From the NCBI RefSeq assembly GCF_006345805.1, contig NW_021836170.1, forward strand, positions 1 through 64,000: 64,000 bases of DNA. The letters run 5' to 3'. The position numbers and the translations under genes were made by a program. A model generated the notes under the pieces. It had not been told where the DNA came from and searched no databases. It saw only the letters and a program-made list of their open reading frames with translations. Source of the stretch: Octopus sinensis. Lineage: Eukaryota. Shown here piece after piece: positions 12,471 to 26,266 of this stretch (the stretch's first letter is position 1; every line of letters begins with the position of its first letter).

Positions 12471-13179
12471 GCTCACAATTTCGGATTTGTTTATAATTTT
12501 TTTACATTAACAATAATTTTTGACCTGTGAAATATTTGATTTAGATAGTCGTACTATTTGGAGTTATTCGTTTGTTAAAAACTTCACTGGGGATCTCTTA
12601 CCTTCCGGTCTTAGCGTGGCGTTATGGGGTCCACCATGTCAGTTGGAAAATTCCAATCGGATATGGCAACGCTCAGGAGGCACTTAATGCCTACCGAAGA
12701 AGGACTTCTAGCTCTCAGACCCTGGGACATCGTCGTCTCAGGTCGATCATGCGGACAGGATCGAACCTTTCAGAAGGATCTCCCTCGTTTGGATCGGCGA
12801 TCACGGGAATAACTATAATTAACTGGCTTTGCCCGTGTTTGGTCTTTAATAAATAAATAAATAATAAAAACTTCACGATACGCTCGACTAGCCTCCGAAT
12901 AGCAAGCCATTTCCTCACAGCGATCGACAAAGGTTCCAAGAGTTAAAATGACTTTCTTAAGTCGTGTCTTATCATTTATATCCGTCGACCGAGCAAACAA
13001 AACGAAAAACAGAATGTTGATCAGCAAGCGCTATAACAACTAAATTTACAAATGCTGGAAAAATCAATAAAACGATATCAGTCTTAATACTAATGCAGGA
13101 AAAAACGCTTCTGACGGTCATGAACGTATATGACCAACAATGGATATAGCAATAAAATGTCCTGAAGAAGTCGAAAATT

Positions 13180-15340
13180 TTTACTAGAATCTTGACATGG
13201 CTATAGGCGATATGCATGCTCCTCCTCTCATTTTCCTTTGCAGATACGGGAATGAAAAAGTGGGAACACGTCCTAAGGATGAAAATTTTATCGGAGTTCA
13301 TAGTAGAGGAACAAGCAACTCAAATGGCGCAGGTTTGGCAAATTTCTGCAGTGCATTGGACCTTTGTTGTGGAGCACGGCATTTAACCACCCAACAAGAC
13401 ACATGACAAGGTGCGTGGGATAAATACATAACCAGAATGTGGAGATTGTACCTATTTGCAATCAAATTAATTACATCATTTGTAAGCGTAATCTCAAATG
13501 CATATTGATGGACTCAAATTTCACGAAGTAATACTTCTATCGAGTGGGCATAAAGCAGTTTTCACTTGATTTAAATTTCATTTAAGTTAGAATTTGATCA
13601 AAAAAACAGTAGAAACACTCCTCTGGAAATCTAACCGTGCCAAACTGACATGCAAAGGATTCTACGCACAATAGATTTAATAAGAGTCGATAAATTTGTC
13701 TTAAAATTAAATTTAAATATAAACCTGATGATCTCTGGACTTGATTATCAGACAGAATTAAAAACATGCTTGGTCGTTGCTAAAGAGTGTTTCAAGAAAA
13801 CCGAAAACTGCCTATCTATATTACAAAAATTGGCATTCTATCATGAAACAGAAAAAGCTTAGATTTCGTATAGAGAATATAAAGCATGCAAATATCAAAA
13901 CAGAACTAAATTTAAGAGGAACTCCATTCTACGGGATATAAAGAGTAGAGTACGCCTGCTTTATCAAAGATCACTTGAAGAGTATGGCAAAAAAGTTGAA
14001 CAGCTCAATTATGGCCCAAAAATGTTCCGAGATATTTGATTGCTAAACAGAACGAACAGGCCTAAATAGTTAATTCCACACAATGACTATGAAAGAAAAA
14101 TGTTTGATAAAAAAGAGATGGCCGGAAAAATTGTTGTCTACTTTGAATCCCTTTTCAAAAATGACATTGAGCATATATCTCAGTTTTTTTGAGATCATAA
14201 ATGTCTAACTGTTCCAATTACTATCACAAAGATGCAAGTTTCTCTACGGAAATTGAATAATGGTACGAGTTTGGGTATTGATGTCATTAATAGAGAACTT
14301 TTAGAATATTCGCCAAGCTTACTCGCTCATCAGTTATGCGACATACTAAACGGCATATTCACGGCATATACCAACGTTTCACATGGACAAGGAGTCCAAA
14401 GGGACAGAAACCAGGGAAATCGGTTGGACCATTAAAAAAATCTCAGACTTATAATTCTCTTACGATAACTATTTTCGTTAATTGTTCTTCACAGAATCTC
14501 TATTATCGTAGACAAATTCTTGTCTGTGGGACAAAGTGGGTTCAGTAGGAGAGACAAGACTGTAATCTACTCGTAGTGTTTTCTGCAAACCAATCATTTC
14601 AATTGGTTACTAATAGGAGTCACCATTTATACACTTAGTATAGTTGTCAAAAATAGCATTACGTGTCTACGACAACGCTAGTTCATTTTTCACGATTTGG
14701 GCCTTCCCTCTGTCCCCTGCAACTAGAATTTAACAATTAGTAGACGAGTGCTGTTTGGGAACCCGAAAATATATCCTCTGTTTTTTGACTAAACATCGGT
14801 CATAAACTGGAGTAAAACAGTACATTTCTCTCGGTGCCTTGCTTTTCGACCTGGCAATTGACTAATCATTTTTGGACTGTCCTTCTGGGTTTTAAGCATT
14901 TTGGCAAAACTTTGTTTTTAAAGATGACGAATTTTGCAGACTGGTTTTTAGGACTCATTCAAACCTTTTGCTAACTACAGACAAATTAAAGAAATTAACT
15001 GGCACGAAATCTTGGCTTCAGAACTATTTAAGATTTTGAAACTCTTGCTCAACATGTACAGTGTGGCCTACCTCCACTGCACATGAAAACAACGGTACCT
15101 CGCTAAACGCATTCCAAGCAGCATGAACGGCGACTCTACTCGAAAACAATTCATTCAGAACTGGCTTTTTTCTCCGACTCGGATTTCATCAATACACAGT
15201 TTATAACTGCCGCTGCATAACCATAAAAGACGTGGAAAGACTACTTTTTCTCTTAAGTTTCTCTCCATACTTTACCGTCCAGATTGCTGGCATACCTTCT
15301 ATCTCTGAACAAGCAGGTCTAGACCGTGGCAAAGAAGCAA
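13180..15340 (+). mobile_element. Heavily decayed RTE-like LINE (APE C-terminus plus RT)
   Basis: GVHSRGTSNSNGAGLANFC (APE), a G.DVINRELL RT entry, decayed RT motifs and RIYRV-type thumb remnants. Many stops. Confidence 0.68.
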
Positions 15341-15355
15341 AACCAAACAAAATGA

Positions 15356-18324
15356 CTATATTTCCTTTTCAAGCAGGCCTTTCATTTTTGTAAGAGACAA
15401 CGTGCACACGTTCTCATCTTCAAATATCATCCCATAGGAAGAACGACCAGGGCACATTCCGAATAACGCTGAGCTTGCCACAAAAATAAGTACAAAATTC
15501 TCTCGGATCATCACTGTTTTACGCCTGTAACATTTGATACATGCCGGTAGCATTCGAATTCTTACGGGTATGATCACTGAACTCGAGAGGAGGATTGTTT
15601 TACGTAGTAATGAGAAACGCGGGTCATCAAGACATTCAAACCTATAATCACCCTGAGTCAAGACCGCTAATTTTCTATTTCGAAAAAACGAAATAGGGAT
15701 TTTAGATTCAATAGTTTTTTTAACCGATACGGTCCTTTCCATAATAAATAAACCAATTACAAAATAATTTTTTACAAGAAAAGTTTTTTTTAACTGAAAC
15801 GGTCCTTTCCACAATAAATAAACCAATTACAAAATAATTTTTTACAAGAAAAATATCAATCAATATAAAATAGGCGCAGAAATATCATCTAAAATGAAAA
15901 AAATAACATTTCTCACCACCAGCCTCATTTATAATAGAAACAATCAGTTTCTTTGCTACGCGACGTAATCGTTGTAATTCAACTGAAAACATAGCCAGAG
16001 CAGTAGAACAGGCCACAGCCGTATCAAATGTTAATTTAAGCTAAAATAAGCAATAGAAACCAACTTGTTGAGTAAACTTAGAGTTAACCAACAATGTCCT
16101 TGTATCTGGAAGTGCTCTTTTAACATCCAGATCCTACATAAATAAATCACCCAATCCACACCATAATAAAAAGTGATTTAACCACTATAAACTGATCGGT
16201 AATCTCAGTTGGTTTAAGAATAAGTATGTGTTTGTCCTTTACAGTGTAAAGAACTTGTTCATAGTGATCAAAGACATCTTGGCTCATCTCAACAACAACA
16301 AGCCGAGCAACACCTTACAGGTGCAAAAATATTACTAACCACGCTGTATTCGATGACTTTCAAAATATTTTGGATTTTCTGAAGTTACTTTTCCAGTAAC
16401 AATTCCCAAATGGAGACAAAAGTTTCTCACCATTAAAAAACGACGAGAAAACTGTCAAAATATTTTTTAACTGTAAACCAAATCAACCAAGTCCTCTTCA
16501 GAAAAGGAATGCCCACTGCTGTCGTCATCAAAATCACCCTCTTTGAGTGGCGCGTCATATGAACAAATATGAAAATCAACGGCCTCAAATATCTGAATAT
16601 TAAAACAAACCTCATAGTGAAAGAAATGTCGATAAAAAACAATCCATGACAGTTTATATGTCTAAAGTCATTATAACTGTAATTACTCGATTAATTCTAT
16701 CCAATTCTGAGCAGAAAAGTCTGTATAGTTTGTATAGACTGTTGTAACCAGAAAATGAACAAAGCAACAACAAATATATCCGCAAAGAAAAAGTTTTGCA
16801 AACACTTTCTACCATAATAGTAAATATAAAGCAAAAACCAAGATATGCTGACTCCTCTAATATATTTGTGACTACGTGGGAAAGATTTTCTCGAATATTA
16901 AAAGTGTCTTCCACCAGGACAAAAGTCTCCCGGCAGATAAAGAGAATTATATTTCCAGCCAAGCATGAGAACAGATTCGAGCTACTTGCAAGATGAACAA
17001 TCACTGATTCCATAAACACTCTCTGTCCTAAAAACTCGGCGTGTGAAGGATTTTCTTTATTTATTTGTGAATATATCCACCTGTCAATTGGTAACTAAAC
17101 TTATTTGCAATTTCTTACCTCGTTAAAGACTTGCAAATTTTCAAAAACAAGGGCATGAGCTAAATTTTCCCGCCACTCGCTTGACTCAACGTAAGTAAAA
17201 GTCTGGATTATTAAGAATAAAGGTATGGACCAACGAGAATTAGAAGAATCAAAGCACAACTCGGAGTCACAAATGGTTGGTTCTTATAAGACATGACTAG
17301 AAATATACTTTCGAGTGAAAATAATCGTATTCCACAACCAACGAGTATAAAATAAGTGGAATATAAACCCGTTCTCTGAAATAAGCACGGAAAAGTGTCG
17401 ATATTTCAACACATGTTAACAAAATAATATCTTCGATATAGCATAGCTGATCTATATAGGACGAAAATAACGTGCAATTATTCTTTCTGTCCTGTTCCAG
17501 GTGAAAAGACTCAGATAGAATTGTATTTTTAATAAAACGGGTAAACCCTCCAAGATAGGTGAGGAGATGTGAATCACAAAGTAGCTTAACTATGATTGGA
17601 TCAGAGACTAAAATAAAGTCAAAAATCAACCTCTGAAAATATTTAGAAGCACATGCCGAATTACGGCCTGAACCATTGTATCAGGGTGATTAAAAAACTT
17701 GACCGATTCTGTAAATAAGGGAAATTCATTAGAAATCTTAAATATGGATAATATGTCACCTCGTTGTAAAAGAATCCGGCGGTGTCATTAGAAAAATGTA
17801 ATGAAAGTACTTTTAAGAAGGATATATAATGATTAATAGCCTAAAGAATATTTGTATCAAAAATATAATTATTACCTCCTCCTCGCGAAAGTCAAAATTA
17901 TAGCTGATAAGATAATTAATTGTGTTGTTTGAGAGAAGTAAATCTAAATAATCAGATTTAATTACAGAGGATTTGTTTGTTTGTAAGACTTTCAAATATA
18001 ATGCAAAGATTCTGAAGCAAGCAGAGGGCAATCTCAGGATTATCAACAAGAATGTCTTTCATTATCGTAATAATGTTCATCTGCATAAATTGGCTGCATA
18101 TGTTAAAGGATATTTAAAATCACTTTGATATTCCTTCTGACTGATTAGTTCCCCAAAGGAATATGCGGGTTACTTCATAAATTGTATTCGATATTGCTGT
18201 GCTGTCTGCGAGTTTGCCACATGAGAGCAATTCCATAAGTTCGCTGATCGTCAAAAAATAAATAATACAAAAATCTTTCTACAGAGGTAGTTTGCTTAGG
18301 CCTCCTCAGAAAACTGGGAATCAT
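15356..18324 (-). CDS. CLEC16A: CLEC16A/Ema/GOP-1 family (FPL domain) protein, multi-exon
   Basis: Spliced LLQNLCIIFESL, LLLSNNTINYLISYNFDFREEE, NEFPLFTESVKFFNHPDTMVQAVIRHVLLNIF, and C-terminal MIFEDENVC. Confidence 0.88.
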
Positions 18325-18916
18325 CGTAGCTGCAACAAAAAGCAAAAAATATAATTTTAAATCAAAATATTAAAAATAAAAAAATAATCAAGCAATATTA
18401 CATTTCAATCAAGCGACAAAAGTATTTGAATTTATGAAAAATAAATACGTTCAGAGGAAAGATATTCAAAAACACAATCTACCTTTAGAATTTACAAATA
18501 AAACTTAAGATAATTTGGGGATTGAGCTTATTGGTTTATTCTGAAAAAGGATTTAGAACGTAACCCTAGATTTTATAGAACTCGTCGAGGACAAGTTCAT
18601 ATTTGTCTGATAAGTACCAAACCATATGTCACTGCGGCAATCACTGAAGAATTGTTATATTAAAGATATGGGGAAAGGTTAATGGCTCCAAATCGATTTT
18701 TTTCTGTTTTCACATCTCATAACTTAGTCTAAACAAGCAATTAAAAAATCATTTATAGCATATTGAGCTGAAATGCGCTTATTTAATATTAAATGGAAAA
18801 AATACGACTTCATCTCAATGTTTCACTCATTTGGACATGTAGAAAAAAATAAATTGAGGGCACAAAAACAAAGTCATAATGTTATTAGAAAAAAATAGAG
18901 TCAAAAATAATTAAAG

Positions 18917-20142
18917 CTATGATGGTCCTAGACAATCAGTACATCTCTCCATGCTATGATGATAGTTTTCCACCTGAAGATATATTTCAGAAAAGTTGAA
19001 CTCCATCCTTAACTTTTCTGAACATTCAGCTACAATTCTTTGTGAGTCGACTTCGCTGTCTATCAAAAATTAATGCAATAAATTACCAATAGTTAAATGA
19101 GCTGCAATAACAAGCTTAGAGTGTGTAAGGGACCATGCTCGTATATTATGGCATGAACGAACTCCAGAAACGCTGCTGAGGCATTTCCAAAGTAAGTTAT
19201 AGTCAACTCCAACGGGGACCGCTAAAATTGAAAAATCAAAATACCTTCCATAAGCACAAAAAATATGTCTCTCATGACTGTATAAGTGCTGATTACCACC
19301 AAAATTGAAAAAATAAAAGTACAAATTGGATCTACGATTTTTAGATTTGGCTAACATCATTTAAAGACAATTACTTTGAAATATATAATCAGAGCCGCAA
19401 TAAAAACACCGATACTCTGAATTAAGTCTCCGATTACATGAATGAACGCAGCCGAGAGTCCAAGATGTTTTCCATGGCTTCTATGTGAATGTTCTTCTCC
19501 TGAATATAGCATAATTTACTACCCTGTTGAATCACATCGACTGATTTTGGCAATTCGTGGGAATGTTCGTGGCCGTGATGCAACACTGTAACCAATCTAA
19601 ACACTTTATAAAGTGTACTCTACATTATATTGAAGAATAATCCAGTTGATGCTATAATAACCATAATATTTGGGTTAATGTCATATTCGTTTCTCTTAAT
19701 TCTGATAACAGCAGCGTATACGAATACGACAGTTAAGTTGATAAGTAACATTATGGAAAGTAGTGACGCAAGTACCTCTGTGAGTTTTAAAAGTATAAAT
19801 ACCTATTCTATACCAACCAAAACTGAACTTTTTGGTAGAAGGTCGTGAGTGGAATACTAATGACAAGTAGCTCACCCCAACGCTGATGACATCAACCAGC
19901 ATATGTGAAGAATCTGTCATGATTGATATACTATTTGAAAGAATTCCACCTATTTTAAGAATCATTGATGTACCTATGAATTCAACTAATGTGAACGTAG
20001 CAGACAAAATCAAAGCAATCAGAAGTTTCTTTTTCGCAATTCTTGTTTTGTTGTCAATTTCTCGAGGTGGATGGCAAGAACAATTGTTCGCCAGTGAAGT
20101 TGTTTCTGTAAAAATCATAGAACCAGAATTCAAATTCAGCAT
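18917..20142 (-). CDS. SLC30A: ZnT/SLC30 cation-diffusion-facilitator zinc transporter
   Basis: KKKLLIAL..FTLVEFIGG..SNSISIMTDSSHMLVD, KFSFGWYRIEV, a His-rich loop, AAFIHVIGDLIQS, and HNIRAWSLT..AAHL. Start codon approximate. Confidence 0.9.
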
Positions 20143-20699
20143 GGTATATAAATCAGACTGGTTACCGCGAAAAAAGATAAGATAGCTATTCTAAACTAGC
20201 ATAATTTAACGATTGAACATTAATTAAATAATCGATTGAGTGGCAAGTGGTTTTAATAATAATAATAAACCGATTAATTTTAATTCATTAGAACATTGTG
20301 AATAGATTCGCCTTTTCCAATTTAACCGCTTTTTAATTCTTTCTACTCGGTTAGGCCAAAAATTTACCGAAAAACAAGAAATTCATTAATTAGTAACGGT
20401 TTCGAATATATAAATGATTTATTACGGTATTTAAATTATTCTAGCAGTTATGTCTATTCTTAGAAACACGAACTTAATGATTTTTAACTGATCGAAGCAA
20501 ATTTAAAGATTATTTAAGCTAATCGTTTGTCTATTCTACCATTTATTTTATTAAGTTAATTTTATTTCATTGATGTTAATCTGATTGTTGTCTGCTGAAA
20601 ATTAATCTCCTCTTTTTAGAGGAGGAAGTAACCAACACCACTCTTTGATCCTCTGTCTTCAAGTTAGTTGCGATTCTTTTTCCCACACTATCTACATTT

Positions 20700-21780
20700 T
20701 CTTCGTACAAATGACTTGCTTCAATTAAGAGGCTACTGGCTGAATTATCTTTTCATCAGTGATTCTGATCCCGTATTTGTGCTCAACAATTATACTCTCC
20801 AGTGTTTTCTTTAACACAATTGATTTTATGTAACTCCAAGTTCCGTCATCGATAGCCAACTTTTCGATGTATTTCGTGAAAAATCTGTAAACGAACTCGT
20901 CCCAGGTCTAAACCAGTGGGATTATTCTCACATGAGCGTCGTAAAGAATAGACAACTCCCCGGCCAGTAGATCTTATTTATGGCATTTCTCGACCTTGAC
21001 CTGCTTAGGTGGTCCTGAGAAATGATTTCCACATCGATGAGAGTAATTTCGTTCTTAATTTTGTGGTACGAAAATATGTCAGACTTGTTGCACTGAATAT
21101 TCGAGTCTGTAATTATTTGGGAATCGACTCGTATTTCGACATTTTGTGTGAATGTAATTGATTGGACAGGATAAACCTTTAATTTTTTGACTTTGCGGAT
21201 TGCGTACTTCATACATAGATGCAAATGAATACATCTCAGGACCTCTTTATGTCTTCTGTTGTAATCACTTTTGAGCATTTTTCAACACCGGGTTGCCAAA
21301 TGCCCAACAGTTTTTTTGCTTCTCATACAATGATTGCAAAATGCTCCCTTGGTTGAAAAGAATAGATTCCTATCCTCCAGTAGACAATATAGTGCCTCAC
21401 TTCTGGGGGAAACATTTCCTCTCTAAAGCCAGCCGCTGGTCATTTAGACATTTGAATAATATGGAATGCAGAGCTTTACATTTGATTTTCTTGATTAACT
21501 AATTCATGTTGGCGGTTGTGATAGACTTCGCACAGATGCTTTCTCTGCTCTGAATACCATATTTGGGGCTAGAAATCCTGCGATCATGGAAAGGGCAATT
21601 TATTTGTTTTAATTGATCGCAGAATCCCCGACCTCCTCAGGCAAACTAAAGACATTCTCTTAAGGCCACCCAAAATTGGAATAGCATAAATTCACTTTTA
21701 AAAACACTCGACGTTAATCCTTTTCAAAGGTTTTTCCTGCATAAATACAGCCGCTCTTTGTTCGCCGGCTTTAATTGCAT
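20700..21780 (-). mobile_element. R4/Dong-like REL retrotransposon, 3' half
   Basis: KPANKERLYL, DYNRRHKEVLRCIHLHLC, VEIRVD..NK(P)DI..EITLID (REL nuclease) and KKTLESIIVE. Confidence 0.82.
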
Positions 21781-22028
21781 TTTGAGGAAGACAAGCAAGC
21801 CCCTTTTGCAGGTCGATATTTTCGAATTCGGTGGGCCTACAGGCCCCAAAACTCCACCACAGCGTTCTCATAGAAATTGTGTCGGGACTAGGGAGCAGAA
21901 CCGGGCAAAGATGAGGACCCTCCTCAGAGAAGCCGGGATCACCTGATTAATTAGTTCTATGTTTTGGACGGCGATCTTGGTTTTAATAATAATAATTAAT
22001 TACTACTGAATTAATTTAAATATATTTC

Positions 22029-22943
22029 ATGTTGCTCCAAAGTGATGGTAATTCACTTGTATATATTAAAGAAAATACATTTTCCAAAATATGCTCTGAT
22101 GCTGAACATAAAAAGGAGTCTAACTTTATACGGCAATCTCTTTCGTACTTTTACGAGGCTTTTACTCGTTTTAGGTTGACTTAATTTTATTTAATGAAAA
22201 TTTATTTACCTAAGCTAATTAAAATTTGACGTCAATTTGAATAGTTTTGATGAAATGTGCATAGCTTTTGGCGGAGGAAAGGAATCAACAATTGTCCTAT
22301 ATTTATTCATGAGTGCGTGGAAGCGACAGTTAGTAAAGTCTACAAACTTAACTTCTAGTGCGGGTTCTTTATCAAAAATAGAAATATTAATTCTTCACAT
22401 TTCCACCGGACCCGAATTTCCAGAATTAACAAATTTCATACAAGAATCTGTTAATAGGTTAAATAAATATATTTAAACAAAGATTTAATTTAAAATACGT
22501 TCACTACTGTGGGAACTATAAGGAATCACTATATCAGTTTACTAAAGACAACAGAAAGATAAAGGCCGTATTTATGGGAACAAGGGGAGACGACTTTGGT
22601 AAAGACACAAATGTTGTAATTTTTTCAGAATATTCGATTGCTCCGTTTATGCCTTGTGATGAAGGTTGGCCTCCTTTAATTAGAGTGAATCCAATTTTGT
22701 CGTGGAACTACAGAGAAGTCTGGAATTTTATTGAACGTTATAATATTGATCAGTGCCAATTGTATGAAATGGGGTTCACTTAACTGATTAAGTAAAAGAT
22801 ATTCTTCGATTGGTGAAAAATATACGACTCAGAGAAATCCTAACCTTGTCACTTCTCTTAATGGAATTACAAACTATATCAAAGCTTCAAAACTTGAACA
22901 AGTGGGGACCGAACGTATTGGACGGGCTAAAAAATCTGAGTAA
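22029..22943 (+). CDS. FLAD1: FAD synthase (PAPS-reductase-like domain only), multi-exon
   Basis: AFGGGKES, MGTRGDD, DEGWPPLIRVNPILSWNYREVW, spliced GYSSIG..T..NPNL and ERIGR. Confidence 0.87.
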
Positions 22944-23016
22944 AAATAGTATGATAATGTCTTTTTATTTATTTTATCTCATTAAAATTATTTAAAAAAG
23001 TATTATCTGAGTAATT

Positions 23017-23190
23017 AGCTTTTGGTCTAGTTATACCGGGCAGGTAAATGGTCGAAAATCCGTTGCTAAACTCTAGTCCCGGGTTCGATTCTCAGAAGCT
23101 GTCTGTACCGAAAGTTCCGATTGGGTTTGACTAGTGACGCCGTTATTGACATCCCATTACAAGCGAATTCCAAGCACTATCTGGACTTCG
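23017..23190 (+). mobile_element. tRNA-derived SINE-like sequence
   Basis: A-box-like TGGTCTAGTT and B-box GGTTCGATTC, bracketed by AGCTT/AAGCT. Followed by a diverged copy of the TTGACGAGTGACGCCGT core repeat. Confidence 0.45.
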
Positions 23191-24849
23191 GTACGTCTTA
23201 GCTTCCTGTCACACTGAACGGGTGAAGAACTTAATCAATTATTTGCAGAATTTTGTTCATCGTACCTGGATGAAAAAATGATGAATAATTTTTCTACAAA
23301 TGAAAAAATGCAATTATTTAGAAGATTGTAATTTACTTTTTGAAACCACTTCATTTCACCTTTCTAACCTTTATTCCCCATACGGAAAACGTGTTGAAGA
23401 AATGGAATAAGAAACTAAACTTTCTTAAAGCATTTCTTGGAAACTTGAACAGCCACACTTGAATAAAAAGAAAACTCAAAAGACAAGAGAAATTTATCTA
23501 TGCCTCAACTAGAAATTAATTAGAATAACCAACTTACTTGTTATCTCTTGCTCTTGAAAAATTCTGTGTCTGGTACAAGCGAAATCTTACGTGTTGTTGT
23601 TTAGTTATACAAATTCATTTTAAAAAAAACCTGCTTATATCTTGATGTGAACTCCTCCTGAAAGAGAAAATAACAATGTTATTATTCATAATATATTTAG
23701 AGCAGGATGGACAAACGCGTCGGAGAGGGAGACCTTCGATGGAGAGTCTTGCCATCGCAAAAGGGACTGAGTGCACGACCCGTAAGGACTAGGTTAAATC
23801 TACTCTTTCGCAAGTGCTGGGAAGAGCTTCCAGGATGTCCAGGAATTTTTGACCTATTTTTCTTCAATGCTTCAAATTACGTTTTTGCGCGAATTTGTCT
23901 CTGAATGCACTGAAGAACCTGGCTAAAACTTCTTTTCAGGCTTGCGAAGGAAAACTTTTTCTGCGATTACGCCGTCAGGATGCTCATGTTCTCAACAAAA
24001 CGAGCACCAGAGTAGCGAGTTAGCCCTATTTTTGCAGGTTAGCAAGGTATTAAGTAGACATCCCTACTCTCTGAGAATTGTTTTTTCCTCATTACGGACC
24101 GCAGAATGACCCGAAATATATCTAGGTGGCAACTCAGGACTGACGTTATGAGTTGCATCAATTGTGCAATATCTTACGCGATCGTGCGTAATGCTCCAGA
24201 GACAATGGACGATATTTATCTCTATTTGTACTTGGCACAGACAACCTATGAAGGAATCACACAGAAGCTTGGGACAAAGAGTTGATGGAAATTTCGTCGA
24301 GCACACCCTGCCAAATGGAATTTTAATGAATTGAAATGTGTGCAGGCAAAGAGGATGGAGTTGATTGTTTTTTATCAGAAGAAGCTCTCAACCCACGAAT
24401 TTCGGTGTCAGGGAAGGCGAGAGAACAACTTGTCTCAGTTAAATTCCAGACTGTTCTATTGGCGGTTGCATGGAGAGACGAAGGAGGTTACCCGCATGAG
24501 GCCAAAATGCCTGACACATGAGGAAGTATGTGGAAATCAGGTCCACTATGAGTAAGTCGTTTTGCTTTTGTATATCTGATACTCTCATGATTACCAAGTT
24601 TTGTGGTGTCTGACATCCGTTAGAAGTTCAATGAAGTAGTAACCCATTTCTCTCACTGGAAGACAATTGGGATCAATGAGATGTATAATTTATTTCTAAA
24701 AAACTGCAAACCACTTCATGATTGTATGTTTCGAGCAATTGAAAGTTTGCACTTGACCCTGGCTCGATTCCAGAAAGGTTATTTTCCGGGGTCACTTATG
24801 TGATTCCTTAAGTAAATAACTCGTCTGCTCCGACAGTGATTATCCGACA

Positions 24850-25290
24850 TTTTTTTACAAATTGAACTCGCATCAATGAACGCAGCCGCGCAACCACACT
24901 CAGCGGACTGGTTAAATGCCGTCCCACTATCCTCAGCCGGTTTACTCTTGTATGATTAGTCAGTTCGACTCGGTACCTGTCTTCGACTAGGAATCCCTCT
25001 TTGCCATCCCCACCCGTGCAAGTGTGGGCAGTTGATAGACTCTGATGCCCTCCACCCTCATTCCTGCCGGTTAAGTGCTAGACGTACTCCGAGACACCCC
25101 AATTTGAACAACGTCGTCAAACGGGGCCTTAATGCGCAAGCTTCCCTTATGTTCTGGAGCTCACTGGTCTTGATCGCGGAGACGGTAAGCGTCGGACAGA
25201 ATGACGGTCTTTCCATACAGCGAGGGGAAGTTTCTCGTATAGGATGTAACCTGTGCGGACAGTTATTAAGTCTGCGTTGTGTCCTGGATT
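24850..25290 (+). mobile_element. CRE-clade retrotransposon C-terminal fragment (CCHC finger into REL)
   Basis: HSADWLNAVPLSSAGL, RLGIPLCHPHPCKCG..D...H..SC...R..RH..LN.VV. Confidence 0.85.
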
Positions 25291-25680
25291 CATGAGAAAG
25301 TAAACGCTTTAAACTGAACAATGGATTCTTATGCGAATCTGAAAACAATTACTTTTAATTAAGTCTTTAATTTGTTTAGTCTGGTGGATAATCAAGTTTT
25401 GATTTAAAATTAATGTGACGACAAGCCCATACTTTTGTTGCTTCTCGACCCAGTATACAAGTTCTTGTTCAAGTGCTGGCCCCCGGAAGCTTTTTTAATA
25501 GCACATTTGTTTCTTTGCATAGGTATGTTGCATTGTGTTTCCAATTTCTTACCAGTTTCTTATTTACGTCAAACTTTCTTGAAGCGGTACAGTTGTTAAT
25601 TTCTTAGACAAAGTTTACAACTGTTATCATTTCGGCCGAAGGTTCCATGCATATTATATGCACCCCGGATTACATGCACC

Positions 25681-25760
25681 CCGGATTGACGAGTGACGCC
25701 GTTATCAGTGATACCACTGCGGAACCGGATGTCTACTTCAGCCACACTCGAAAAGAAAAA
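25681..25760. repeat. Dispersed double-hairpin repeat, copy 1
   Basis: CCGGATTGACGAGTGACGCCGTTATCAGTGATACCACTGCGGAACCGGATGTC, which recurs at 30538 and 52387. Confidence 0.8.
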
Positions 25761-26266
25761 TAGATGAAGCAGAGACCCATGTCTTCGTTTGGATTGTCTT
25801 CCTTTGGATTAGTTAGTTTCTTAATAACATGTTCTCTCTCTGTTTTGATCTTATGTGGCTGGCCCAAGCGAGATGTTAACATTCCGTTCTCATCTTGCGG
25901 CAGGGCTTGTTGTTGTTACAACTGTAGTCTGATATTTCATTTGTCTAGACATGGATAGGTATAATGGTTGGATGTTTAAGTGGTTATAATTTTTTAAAAG
26001 ACAAGTGGTTTTAATGAGCTTGAACTAGATTCATTAGAGTAAGACAGCAGTGTTAAAACCAGTTAGGAAGCAATGCTGCACCCTAATTAGGAGACAATTA
26101 TATAAGGAAGGAACTTTGCAGTTAAAAAATCCCCGAGGGAATATTTAGTGATAAGCTATATTGATTAATTTAAAAATTGCCACAATATCTGCCATATGGA
26201 ACATATGTGACCAAACCAATAAAAATTAATAAGAATAACCAATATAACATTCGATTAATAAATATG

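Noticed and set aside
12572-13030. GC-richer segment with several overlapping ORFs
   Set aside because: No recognisable motif in any frame. It sits among LINE remnants and is most likely decayed TE sequence.
22770-22810. Premature stop in FLAD1 (MGFT*) and in SLC5 (QPI* at about 31908)
   Set aside because: Both stops lie inside short GT-AG introns whose removal restores conserved motifs.
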